A DNA stretch of 63,853 bases, the filler included, from Octopus bimaculoides (lineage: Eukaryota), in NCBI RefSeq assembly GCF_001194135.2. It is 8 parts of 8 records of this genome, joined end to end, with 100 filler letters (N's around TTAATTAATTAA, not from the genome) between each part and the next. Parts side by side here need not be neighbours in the genome. Positions count along the whole stretch, not along the records: positions 22,143 to 27,370 come from NC_068997.1; positions 27,471 to 30,739 come from NC_069009.1; positions 30,840 to 47,764 come from NC_068988.1; 5 more parts are not named here. The stretch is one strand, 5' to 3'. Of this stretch, positions 25,385 to 38,300 are shown one piece after another. Every line of letters begins with the position of its first letter. Position 1 is the first letter of the stretch. The notes below the pieces were generated by a model. That model did no database searches and had not been told where the DNA came from. It worked only from the letters and a program-made list of their open reading frames with translations. The position numbers were made by a program, and so were the translations under genes.

Positions 25385-25601
25385 CTGTTTGGTCAAGAAT
25401 AAGAAAAGAAAGAAAAGTATTATAAATTTTGATTGTGATTTTTATATATTTTATTTTGCTAATATAATACACACACAAACACACACACACACACACACAG
25501 ACATAACTATACACACATACAGACGTAACCACACACGTATTCAATTACGTCAGAAGATATTTTTCGAATGAACAAAAGAATAATGAATAGTTTTTACTTA
25601 C

Positions 25602-25634
25602 ATTCTCCAGGAGATATCAAAGAAAGACATAACA
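25602..25634 (-). other. Candidate micro-exon A (33 nt, symmetric)
   Basis: ttttgttttctaatttcag|TGTTATG...GGAGAAT|gtaagt; phase 1 reads xLCLSLISPGE. Confidence 0.55.
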
Positions 25635-25695
25635 CTGAAATTAGAAAACAAAAATTATAAATTGTGATACTAATTTTATTTTTCTGTATCGATAC

Positions 25696-25720
25696 TTCAA
25701 TCAGATGAGGAAACAACTTC
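25696..25720 (-). other. Candidate micro-exon Z (25 nt)
   Basis: ctgcctttgctctctcttcag|GAAG...TTGAA|gtatcgataca; donor context homologous to B2. Not in frame with exon A. Confidence 0.3.
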
Positions 25721-25884
25721 CTGAAGAGAGAGCAAAGGCAGACGGTAGTAAAAAGTTCACACTTAGGAGTGCTGGACATGTGGTGAAAAAGGACATCTCA
25801 GTTTTGACTGACCTACACGAAAGAATGACAGTAAGAAGGTAAGAAAAGACAAAGGAAAGTAGGAAAACTAGGAGCTGGTGTTAA

Positions 25885-26506
25885 GAGTCAATATGAAGCA
25901 GCGAAAAGAATGACTCAGCCTCGACAAACAAGCGACTCCGCGGGTAAAACAAGACCTTCATCCTCGAAAGACCTTCATCCTCGAAAGACCACGTTGTGTG
26001 TATAGCGGGACTTGGAAGGTATAATTCATTACGAATTTCTTGAGCGCAAGCAAACTCTCGATGCGGAGCTCTACATTTAACAATTGCACCGACTCAACGA
26101 AGCAATTCAGCAAAAAACACCGAATAGGCAAAATGGCGTTCTTTAGCAACACGACAACGCCCGTCCTCACATCGTGAATATGACCAAAGTCGCGATTCAA
26201 GAACTAGAATGGGAAGTGTTGCCTCATCCTCCAGACTCGCCAGACTTGGCGTCGTCAAACTTTCATCTCTTCCGAGCGCTTTCGAACGCTTTGCGCGGTG
26301 TAGCGTTCAATAATAACGTGGAATTGAGGAATTGGTTGGACGAATTCTTTGAGTCAAGACCAGGAGATTTCTATCGCCGAAGCATCGCAAAACTTATTGA
26401 ACAATGGGAGAAAGTCGTAAACAACAACGGAGTGTATATTATTGATACATTTTTTATAGTTTTATTGTTTAAAATAAATTTGACAAAAAAAACGCTCAAC
26501 CCAATA
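25885..26506 (+). mobile_element. mariner-family transposon, 3' half with right end
   Basis: VNMKQRKE*LSP..KQATPRVKQDLHPRK...YEFLERKQT...QHDNARPH...WEVLPHPPDSPDLASSNFHLF...YIID; 3' end ...aacccaata. A 17-bp internal duplication (aagaccttcatcctcga x2) shifts the frame. Confidence 0.93.
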
Positions 26507-27863
26507 AAAGAAAATACTGCAGCAAAAATAAAATTTAAATGAGTTGCCAATTAAATAAAATATTCAGATAAGACAAGCCATTCAATATTGATCAATCATC
26601 TTTCACCCAAATTATTTCGCTATTGCTAAGCTTGACAATAATTAATTTTAAATTACTTTAATATGTGAAAATAAAATGATAACTTGCATAATATTTTGTA
26701 ACATTAGTAGTTAAAATTTTTTATTTACTAAAATTCTTTACAAATGTAAAAAAAGTAGGTAAATAAATTAAATGTGTGACAATAATAAAATTTAAACCCA
26801 TTTAAATAATTAAATTTTTTCTTTGTTATATTTTTGGCAAAATTATTTAAATTTATTAAAATTTTTAGTTAGTTAACAGTTTGTCAGTTCATTTTACTGT
26901 TAGATAAATCTAATTTTTCCTGAAATAAATGCAGATGTCACAGAATTAATTACAAAGAAAGAAAAGTAAAGATCATTTTTATAATACTGTATTGATAATA
27001 AAGAAGCAAAAACGAATCTCTATTTCAAAAATCTTAAAACAATCTTTATTTGATACATGGGAATTTATGATAAAGCATCAGATTATTTTTATCGAATTTT
27101 ATATTTAGCTGCAGAATTTTAAACTCTTTTATTTTATTTTAGGCTTACGTAGTCGGTGAAAGATGGTGGATCAGCAGTGAATGGCTTGGTTTAATTGGCT
27201 ACCCATTCAAATTTTATTTAGCTACAATATTTTAAGCTCTTTTCTTTTTTATTTTAGGCTTTTTTCTTGTCCTGTATTTTTCCAGGTTTATTAAATACTT
27301 GTGAATATTGTTATCCCTTGCTCGCATTTTTCATTCTATATATATAGTTGAAATTTACAGACTAAACAAANNNNNNNNNNNNNNNNNNNNNNNNNNNNNN
27401 NNNNNNNNNNNNNNTTAATTAATTAANNNNNNNNNNNNNNNNNNNNNNNNNNNNNNNNNNNNNNNNNNNNGGGGGGGGGGGAGGAAGACCACACGTAAAC
27501 ATACAGATGTCACACACACACATACATATACTATGTCTATTATCTTACATATTGAGTATGTTTTTTTCTTCTGCCTTATGAGATCTTAGACAAGTATACA
27601 TAGCTTGAGTGTGGGTGGCAGATATAAAGACAGCGCCAAAGTGTGTTAAAAACTGTGTGTGTATGTGTATGTATGTGTGTGTGTGTATTTATATATACAT
27701 ACAAACACACAAATATATAGAACTATATGTATATGTATACACATATATATGTATGTATATGTCTGTAGAGATTATATATAAATATATTACATATTTGTGT
27801 GTTTATATATATATATATGTTTATGAGTAAATTTGTTTATCACAAACGCTCACACAAACACAC

Positions 27864-27904
<41 letters not shown>

Positions 27905-28346
27905 TGACAGTAAGAAAAAGGATATAAAGACACGATACGAAAAAAGTACACACAAAACATATACATACGTCTACATACAACGTACACATACAAGACATAT
28001 ACTGACACAAACACACACATATACATACACAATAATTTTACACCCAGAATATAACAATAAGCCCTTCTACAACATACCACTCTAGGCACCCGGTTTTGTT
28101 CCTATCCACCCGTTTGTCCTTACAATACTTAAGAAAAAAAAAAATTCTACAAAGATTTTTGTAATAAATGATTCCCTACTGTCTTCCATTTAACCTGTTT
28201 TTTTTTCTTTTAAATCCGTGTTTTTATAGATAAGCAAATAAATTTGAAAGCAACACGAAGTACCCCATACACACACACACTCACATATATATAGATACAC
28301 ATTATGTGTGTAGTTTATATGTATATACTGTGTGTATGTATATAAG

Positions 28347-28427
<81 letters not shown>

Positions 28428-28977
28428 TCGACATGTGCCCTGATATAGAAAAATGCTATTTGATATAAAGAGACCCCGAAAAGTAAATAAATAAAGCCAA
28501 AACAATAATAGAGAGGAATAATATTATTAAAATCTCTATGATTGATATCGCTTAATAATGATAATAACGATACTATTGATATTAATAATAATAACAATAA
28601 TCATTATTATTATTAATATGACTAATCGTAAAGGATATTCTAAATAGTGATTATGATTTATGATATGTAATTATAATACTCATAATCATATATGTATTTG
28701 TTATAAATAATATTCATGGCGTTTTTTAATGATAATATTGATTTATATATTTATTATAAATAGCGATAACGTTGATAATAAATAATAATGATTTCCAACA
28801 TTGGTACAAAGCCATAATAAATTTGGAGGGGAAGAAGGTGAGAGTGTGTGACTTTCATGCCTGCAGTAATAATAATAATTAAATACTTAATCAACGCTGA
28901 AAAATCCCGTCAGATGTCGCTGTGCTGAACCTGTTATCCCCCCAGTGGATAAAAAAGTGGACCTGCCCCCCACATAC

Positions 28978-29060
28978 CCCGAATCTCGTCGGTGGCTGAC
29001 ATGAGAACGAGGCCAGCGTCTGTTTATTTCGTGGCCGCCATATTAGCTGTGGCCAATTGT
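28978..29060 (-). promoter_or_regulatory. Candidate promoter-proximal first exon with YY1-like motif
   Basis: Minus strand AATATGGCGGCC (YY1 consensus AANATGGCG), adjacent CCAAT on plus, local GC/CpG enrichment, and ATG TCA GCC ACC GAC GAG ATT CGG G|gtatgt. Confidence 0.3.
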
Positions 29061-29079
29061 TCAATGAAGCAGCGTGAGA

Positions 29080-30000
29080 GTGGAAGGAAGAGGGATTTTA
29101 GAGGGAGGGGGAGGAGAGAGAGAGAGAGGGAGAAATGCATATGTGTGTGCGTAGAGAGAGGGGGGTGATGCGAAAGAAAGACAGAAAGATGAATAGAAGA
29201 AGGGGAGGAGAGGCGAAAAGAAAGACATATATAAAGTAAGCGACAGAAAGACACACATATGTAACTGTAAATACATCTATATATGTATACGCACACATAT
29301 ATAGAGAAGAAAGAAAAGTTGAAACATATGTGTATATATAAAGTGAGGGCAAATCTGCACATATACTACCCATCTACATACACACACACACACACACACA
29401 TGTATATATACAAGAAAGGAAAGGTGAAAGAAAGATATATAAAAAGAGAGGGAAAAGAGGCGATAGAAAGAAGTATAGACATATAGAGAGAGGGGTGAAG
29501 GGTAGGCGAGAGAAAGAAGTATAGACATGTAGAGAGAGGGGTGAAGGGGAGGCGAGAGAAATAGAGTGTGAGTTACAAATAGAGAGGGGGAAAGAGAACA
29601 AAAGAAAGTATAAGGCTACTGCGAAAAAAGTGTGAGAGGTGACAATGTGTGTTATTCAGAACAAAAAGAAAAGAGGGAATAAGTTTTTTTTCCAGAGAAA
29701 TAAAGAGAAAAATGGAAAGAAAGAGTACTAGCGAAAAAATTTTGTAGTTAGATAGATAGAGAGAGAGAGAGAAAGAGAAAGGGTAAACGAGAAAACAGGA
29801 GAGGGGAGGATATTGAATAAGAGAGAGGAGCTGATGAAAACAAAAGAGAGGGAGTGAGAGTGAAGGAGAGTCGCGTAGTGAGTAAGACACGGAGGGAGGG
29901 GAGGAAAGAGAGTGAAAGAAGAAAAGACGTATAGAGAGGGAGCGAGTTATTAAAATAAAAAGTGTAAGAGTCAATAGAGAGGGTGACACCATTTTGGATT
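29080..30000 (+). repeat. GA-rich low-complexity tract including a ~46-bp tandem duplication (29465-29556)
   Basis: Direct inspection. Confidence 0.8.
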
Positions 30001-30245
30001 TTTTTTGGGGAAAAAGTCAAATGGAGATGAAGCTTGGTTGATTATAGTTACCAATTGAGTATTTGAGCAGCGGAAAAGGAGTATATATAATAATTAATAG
30101 AAAGGAGGTGTATATATGAGTAAGTAAAGCATGAAATATTTCTACCCATACCATTAGATCGTCAGATATATCCCCGAGAAGGGAGAGATATGTACTGAAA
30201 ATCTGTGTCTTCTTGTGGTTATTGTGTGTGTGTTATGGTGGCCGC

Positions 30246-30269
<24 letters not shown>

Positions 30270-30276
<7 letters not shown>

Positions 30277-30739
30277 ATGTATATATACACATATATATAT
30301 ATATATGTCTATATATTATTACATTTACTGCTATATATATATATATGTGTGTATACTACCATTCATATACGTTTATATATACATATAGACACCACTATAT
30401 CTAGATATACATATATAAATATACATATATATACATATATACATGTATATATACATACATATATATATATACATATGTACATGTATACATACATATATAT
30501 ATACATACATATATATATATATACATACATATATATATACATACATATATATATACATACATATATATATATATATATACATACATACATATATATACAT
30601 ATATATATATATATATACATACATATATATATACATACATATATATATATATACATACATATATATATATATATACATACATATATATATATATATACAT
30701 ACATATATATATATATATACATACATATATATATATATA
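30270..30739. repeat. (TA)n/(TACA)n compound microsatellite
   Basis: Direct inspection; source of the YI/IY ORFs. Confidence 0.95.
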
Positions 30740-30839
30740 NNNNNNNNNNNNNNNNNNNNNNNNNNNNNNNNNNNNNNNNNNNNTTAATTAATTAANNNNN
30801 NNNNNNNNNNNNNNNNNNNNNNNNNNNNNNNNNNNNNNN

Positions 30840-30875
<36 letters not shown>

Positions 30876-31329
30876 ATGTATTTTTATGTATAATATAATA
30901 TGCAAACATTACACACTTTTACCTAGCAATTTCAACACGCAAGATAGTTGTCCAGCCCACAGTTATGACACAATAGATTTTCTTAAGGATTTAATGAGCT
31001 AATAAGTGCCATCGAATCATTAAAAACGTGATCAAGCACACGTACATTACAGATTCACGGTCACTAAACATGGCTTATCTACACTGAATTTATCTTCATG
31101 TTATATTTACACATCCTTATCTAGCATGCTCTTCCATTGTTAAGCATTTAATAACATTCGGGGATTTGTTAATTTCGAACGAATATTTTTCTTTTTTTTT
31201 TCTATGACACTGACTCTCGTAAGCTGTGATGTTATACACAATCTTGCCATGAATATTCTAATCTTTTGTCAATATATGTTGCAGTGGTCATTCAGCAGTG
31301 TGCAGTTGTCATTCAAGATAGTTGGCAAT

Positions 31330-31650
31330 GATTTCACTGAAACAATAGACAAATACACGTCATAAATTCGTCATATATTAAAATTAACTCCACCTGAAGA
31401 AAATGATAATTCAGATCAGCGCTATATGAGATGGAGAGATATACACAAGAATCAAGATTTTTCAAAACTGAAATGCCATTTAAGACACAAATAGGGTTAC
31501 TGCCTGGTGATAAGGGGAGAAGTATGCCCAAAAGTTTCTGTCTGAACAGGCTTAATCAACGCGACAATTTTCACAATTTATCTCCGGTAGACAAGGGACT
31601 TAGACTTATATATCAAAAGAAGGGAACGCTTTTATGGCCTGGGTAATTTG
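31330..31650 (+). mobile_element. Possible highly degenerate LINE RT remnant
   Basis: DFTETID / SMPKSFCLN / IFTIYL loosely echo DFSKAFD / GVPQGS.L / LF.IY. Confidence 0.2.
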
Positions 31651-32675
31651 CATAATTTCAATAAAAATGAGTGACGGGAAATAATTTAGAATGGCCAGTT
31701 ATATATATTTTCAAAGAGACTAGTATCGAATTGTTGCGTGTCAGTTGACCTAATAAAAGTTCTCTCAGTTGTTGAGTTATATTTGATTTGAGATTTCTTC
31801 TTTATAATTTATCTCATTATTATGGTTAGCCTGGATTAATCAAACATGTGAACTAAAGCATTGCAACTAGGAACATCTCCTCTTCTGACGTCAGGCAAAA
31901 TTTTCAAACGTATAGAACAGAACATGTGACTATGTAAGGTCTCAATCGTTAACTATACAGGCAGTCATGTATTGTTATTTAATCCCACGTTAACTTATGG
32001 TGAACACACGCACAAACACGCACGCAGTATATATTTTAATCATGTTCACAAGCTATTGTATATCTAGAAGTATATTAGCTAATAAATATCGAGGAGTATA
32101 TTAAGCAACATGTAGTTCATTTTATAACATTGGTGGATGCTACTGAGAGAGATGTTACTGCTATTAATAGATAATGCATATAATTTTCTTCATTGGCTCA
32201 TTGAAAACGTTCGCAGAAATATACCAGACGTACTTCATTGACATTTTAAGAATTAATAAATCATTTCTTTATTTATAACCTTTTTCAAAAAATTAATTGA
32301 TTTAATTAACAAAATTTAATTTAAATCAACTTTCTGGAAACCTTTGATATTGATTAAATGTGTTATTCTCGATTACACTAACAACAAATTTACATCAAAA
32401 TTCATTAGAATGATTATTAGTGCGCATTTAAAATTCTATTTAAAATATAGTTTGGTAGTATTGATTCAAAATACACCACATTATACTTAAACATGTTCTA
32501 GTGTGTATTCTAATGGAATCAGCCAATATCACTAGTCAATATACTCCAAATATTTCCTTGTTTAATATCCTATTTCAATAACACCTACAATTAATTTTGT
32601 ATGGCAGTTTTAAAATATAATTCTCCAGGCATCATGACTCATTAATTATCTATCTAACTATCTATCTATCTATCT

Positions 32676-33360
32676 GTGGGCTTACGTCGAACAACTGCTA
32701 TCGCGTGTGGGACGAGTCGGTCTATCAGCCGAGTCTATCGTAAATATTGTCGCGCCTCCTTCCTTTAAACGGGAAGGAAGAGCTATTTTCATCGTACTTG
32801 TGGCTATGGCGAAAGAATGTGTATGGTGGACGCGTCTGAAAGGTCTAGAGACAAAGACTTTCCTCTCTGGGCAATCTCTCATCAACTTCTTCAAGTATCA
32901 CCTGAAGAGGAAGTTGAGAGTAGAAAGGGAAGTCTTGTCTAGTGAATGCTTCAAAAAAAGATGGGTGAATGTAGCAAGGATGGCACGTGTGAACGACGGA
33001 GCCATCTTGAGCATAACCCTATGAACAAGAANNNNNNNNNNNNNNNNNNNNNNNNNNNNNNNNNNNNNNNNNNNNNNNNNNNNNNNNNNNNNNNNNNNNN
33101 NNNNNNNNNNNNNNNNNNNNNNNNNNNNNNNNNNNNNNNNNNNNNNNNNNNNNNNNNNNNNNNNNNNNNNNNNNNNNNNNNNNNNNNNNNNNNNNNNNNN
33201 NNNNNNNNNNNNNNNNNNNNNNNNNNNNNNNNNNNNNNNNNNNNNNNNNNNNNNNNNNNNNNNNNNNNNNNNNNNNCCTTCCTTCCCCCTCCCAAAAAGA
33301 AAAGCTCTACATTGTATTTGTCCCATCTTCGTTGAGCCCTGTGTGGCTAATAAAAGAAAT
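32676..33360 (+). mobile_element. L1/Tx1-clade LINE, 5'-truncated 3' end (ORF2 C-terminus plus 3' UTR) inside (TATC)n
   Basis: Open frame LWAYVEQLLSRVGRV...AKECVWWTR...FFKYHLKRKLRVEREVLSSECFKKRWVNVARMARV..., stop at 33024; ends ctaataaaagaaat. (TATC)n on both sides (32647-32675 and from 33362). Confidence 0.7.
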
Positions 33361-33361
33361 G

Positions 33362-33480
<119 letters not shown>

Positions 33481-33509
33481 CTCTCAGTCTGTTTGTCTGT
33501 CTGTATATA

Positions 33510-33543
<34 letters not shown>

Positions 33544-35789
33544 CCTGTCTGTACCTTTCAGAATGAATAAACATTGTTTTGGAAAATGTACAGATTATTG
33601 TAATGAAAAACATCTTGAGGATGAGTATATGAGCTCTAACAATTGAGGTTTTTTAAAATATAACAATATTGGTTTCAACCTATAGGTTGGGTTCAGAATT
33701 CTCAAAAAAGTACTCACACAGACATAAACACGCACATACACATGCACATATACACGCACACACAAACATATTGCAATTCGTGTTTATGTCTGTTGCTGGA
33801 CAATACATAGAATGCTTTATCGAAGAATTTTCCGCCTTAGAAGAACAATTCTGTAGCTTTCATCTAAAATTTGACCATATACGAAGCATAATTTAAAATA
33901 CACATAAAATATGCTTCAGGATGCAAAAGTCTAATGAAAACTTTTAATATTAGACAAATGTTACTCTCGAAAGAAGGCGTCAATTTGGGAGATTGCCTGT
34001 ATTCCATTGAATTAATTATGTAGGATGATTATTTGAGCTAATTATTTATATAGGACAAAAATTTACTCGGTTATTTTCTACAAAAATTCGAACGCTTGTA
34101 TTATAACTCTGAGTTTAAATGCAAAAAATTAAAATAGGCAAGCAGCGTGACAACAATTAAAAAAAAATATCTGAAACTATGTAACAAAGTCATGAGTCAC
34201 TGAGGTTTCAGTAAGGTTCTAGCTAAGTTCTAGTTACGCCATACATCAATATATATGATTCCATGCACAAAAACGTACCGTACATGTATATACGAGTATA
34301 AGTCTTCTGGTGGTTATATGAAGTTAGTCACGTATGTGTAAACAGAGGTACATGAATAAGGCTGTTAATGTTATTACAAGTTATTATCTAAGAAAATAGT
34401 TATTAATGCCTTTTAGAGATCAATATTGTTATCTATCAGACCATGGTAAATCATGTATGCCGAAAATTTTATCCAGTTTTTAAATGAAAAGTTCTCAATA
34501 AAAATCGACGGGAGTGTCTTCGAGTTTTCCTAAATTCCGATCGTTAAAGATTGCAAGAGGCTGTAATAAGGAAACAAAAACCTCATATTTTGGTGTAATT
34601 AGTTTTCGAGATTTCAGTCGTCTTCTGGAAAGGACCAATCAATTTCATAATATTCAGAAGATCTCTTAGGTACGGAAAATAACTATTATACATAAATTGG
34701 ACGTGATTTACTGATACCTGTAAGAAGTACCTTATGTCGAGAAGCTTTACGTAAAAAATATACATGAAGTAATAAGCTTGTGGTGAAGATTTTCGTTTGT
34801 TTGTTACGAATCATTTCTGTTCATCTATTGGTGGAAGCAACGATGTAGTACGTTTTGCCGGATTAGATCAATTCAACAAATATTTATAAAATATGTGTGT
34901 GTATGTATGTTGTTACCTTTTCTATATAATTAAATGGTTATTTGTAATGTTAAAAGAAGACAAATCTTATAATGAATTTATAGATATGTGAAATAAGACG
35001 GGATGGTTACAGGTGGAAAACATTGCTCATTATCGTACTGACTCAGTTTTTGCCTGGTATTAAACAATTCTCACAATCATTGCCATTTGTCTTACGCTGT
35101 TACGAAATTTTCGATGTCAATCACACGGAAAACTGTTACAATGCCTCGTGTGCATAAATTCCAATGAATCAATAGAATTTAAAAGCTTCTTCATGTCTTA
35201 GCATTTGAATGCAACGTCACTGGTCTTGAAGTTTTACATGTGTGAAGAAATTAACGAATTTCAATTGACCAGGAAACAATGTCAATATATTCAAGAATAT
35301 AACTTACAAATTTACAATGAACGGTTAATTAGTTTTTGAAAGAATTCTTTTCATTCCATTTCGTATTCTTCAATAACTCCACAGAATTTCTCATTGGAAA
35401 CTTTTGTGCTTTAGAAGAACAAAATGTAGTTGAGGTCTAAGATATGGTGGTCATGTAAATACTCATTGATGAAATATTCTCTTGTATCAAAAGGTGGAGT
35501 CTTAAGGAAACATTTATTATTTGAGAAATGTCAGTGATGCAATATAACATGAACACCAACATTTGCGTCCCGTACCCACGCACAAGTATTTGTATGAAAT
35601 ATAATCTTGTAGAATCACAGAGCTTACATATCATACACTCTATAATAATGTCCTTGATTGTAATATTATTGATCTAGCATTCTATAATTGAAGTTCTACC
35701 ATAAAAGTATTACTGTACATCAGTTTCAATTATGGCCTAAGGTTACCTGTTTTGGGGGCAAGGGACGAGTCACTTATATCAACCACAGT

Positions 35790-35935
35790 ACTTGATTGGT
35801 ATGTATTTTATTGCCACATAAATGGTAAAAGCAAAGCCGACCTCGGCGGAATTGGAGATCGGAACATAAAGATGCACAAGAAATGTCACCAAGCCACTTT
35901 ATCCGGTATACTAACGATTCTGCCAGCTCGAAGAA
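35790..35935 (-). mobile_element. SINE family B, diverged
   Basis: gcaaagccgacctcggcggaatt...ctaacgattctgccagctcg. Confidence 0.7.
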
Positions 35936-36369
35936 TTTATAAAAAAATAAGTGATAAAATGTTGGCATGAAAGTCTATATACATCTAAAAATCATTTATT
36001 GAGTTATATTCTACTCTTGCAAAATTGTTTTTAATTTCATAACTAGAGAAGCAAGCAAGATATATAACAACAAAGAAGCCTATATATATAGTCTGATCTT
36101 AATATGACCCAAACTTCTTTTGGATTATTTTCTGCTATTGTACGAAAGAAAAGAAATCGGCTAATGAATTCTAAATATTTTTTTAATATTATTTTATACA
36201 TCAGCCTTCAGAAATCATCAACAAAATTTGGAAATGTTTATAAGAATCCCGGATGATTCAGACGATCGATGCCTAAATTCATCTCTGAACATGAATGAAT
36301 TTGATTACAGTACAATCGGGCATTGCAATAACAGATCTATTAGAATGAGTGTGATGTGATGTTAAACAA

Positions 36370-37260
36370 AGTCAATAGCAGTAGAACAATATTCGTGGAT
36401 TTCTTTCAGAAATAGAGGAAAATGTCAAGCAAGGATATACTATATCTCCAAAGCTCTTTACCGCATGCCTAGAAATTATCATCATGGACATTGAAGGGAC
36501 AAGATGCGTGTTCATCTATATCGAGAATGTAACATACCTGGGATTCGCAGATGGAATTGTACCCAGCCCTGAAGCCATAGAGAAGTTGTAAACCATGCTA
36601 ACAGGGCTGGAGACTGAGAGCTTAGCAGTAAATCTTAAAATGAACCGCAAGTAAACATAATATATGTGGAAGGCTTGAGCTGGGTTGAATTGAGCTTCAC
36701 AGCGAAGAGTTCGAGGAAGCAAAAGAGTACCTCTACTTAGGACACTGAAAACTCATAAGACAATTAGGGAGGGTGGAAGGCATTTAGCTCAATATAGGAT
36801 GTGTTCAAAATAAAAATAGACAATATCATACATGTCAGAGTATTGTCTTCAATACCACCGCCCTACCTTCTCTCTTATACGCAAGGGAGATGTGGGCTAC
36901 TACTAATCGGATAGATAATCGACTGGCTACGATGCAAAGGACTATGTAAAGATTCATGCTAGGAATATCATTCGGAGAGATATGTGAAATGTGATAATTC
37001 GAGAACGGAGCGGAACGAACAATGTGATCGAAGAAGACCGAACACCTAATTTCCGCTCAGCCGCTTATACTGCAAGGCTGCAACGTTCAGTGGCAATATG
37101 TGGACCCGTGACAAGTGGTATCCAGTAGATCCAGAAAGGTCACTTGGAAGGCATCTCTGATGATGGGATGACGCTCTACTTAAGCAATTTAAGTCAAGGT
37201 GGAAAAGAATGGTGTAATCAAGACAGAATTGGAAGCAGATTTTGATCAGCGGTATATAAC
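36370..37260 (+). mobile_element. RTE-clade LINE, degenerate RT to C-terminus
   Basis: VKQGYTISPKLFTACLE, YLGFADGIV, LKMNRK, EYLYLG, WYPVDPERSLGR...WDDAL...W.R..QDR. Confidence 0.88.
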
Positions 37261-37304
37261 AGCACCTGATGCTGTATTCGATACTGTGATATTGTGGTTT
37301 ATCT

Positions 37305-37706
37305 TTTATCTTTATCATTTATTTGTTTCAGTCATTTTAATGCGGCCATGCTGGGACATCGCCTCGAAATTATAGTCGAAAGAATCGACTTCACGGGTTC
37401 TTACTTAAGCCTAGTACTTATTCTATCAATCACTTTATGTCGAACCGCTATATTACGGAGACGTAAACACACCGGTAACGATTGTGAAGCGGTGATGGGG
37501 GACAAACACAGGCACAAAATCAAGCAAATATAGTTATATATACGTATACGACGGGCTTCTTTTAGTTTTCCGTCTACCAAATCCACTCACAATGATTTGG
37601 TGGACCCGTGGCTATAGTAGAAGACGACACCCAAAGTACAACACAGTGGGACTGAACATGGAATCATGTGTTTCGGAAGCAAGCTTCTAACCAGACAGTC
37701 ACTCTT
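37305..37706 (-). mobile_element. SINE family A, near full length, diverged
   Basis: Collinear with 57283-57688. Confidence 0.85.
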
Positions 37707-38260
37707 CCACCTTGATTAACAACAGTTCAAAATAGGTAGAAAAGCGACGATAAAAGCAATCATGATATGGAAATAACTGAACGCCTTCGTGTGAAATTTG
37801 GTGAGCCTGACACAAACCCCTAACGCACAAAGTTACTCTACAATTATGTAAACATCAGGAGCAGTGATGAAAACGAGCTAAATATAATGACGTAATCGTA
37901 GAGCGTTAGACAAGTATATTCACATGGAATTTGTGATAACACTTCTGTGACAGGAGTGATAAGAAATAAGTTCCTGTACATTACAATATATGCGAACAGA
38001 ATTTGATTTTATATCGTGTTTAGAAGATTCAGCTGCTGTGTTTTATTGAAAGTCAGCAGCCCCAAAAATATAAAAATATGGGGCGATATTCACGTTTATG
38101 CATTTTCAACATATTTCGTGGCCACCCACCTTACAAACTCACGCAAATACATAAATACACAGAAACACGAGCGAACACTAGCATATGAATATATATATAT
38201 ATTTACACACACGTACCCATATATATGTGTGTGTGTGTATCTATTCTATACCAATATTCC

Positions 38261-38300
<40 letters not shown>

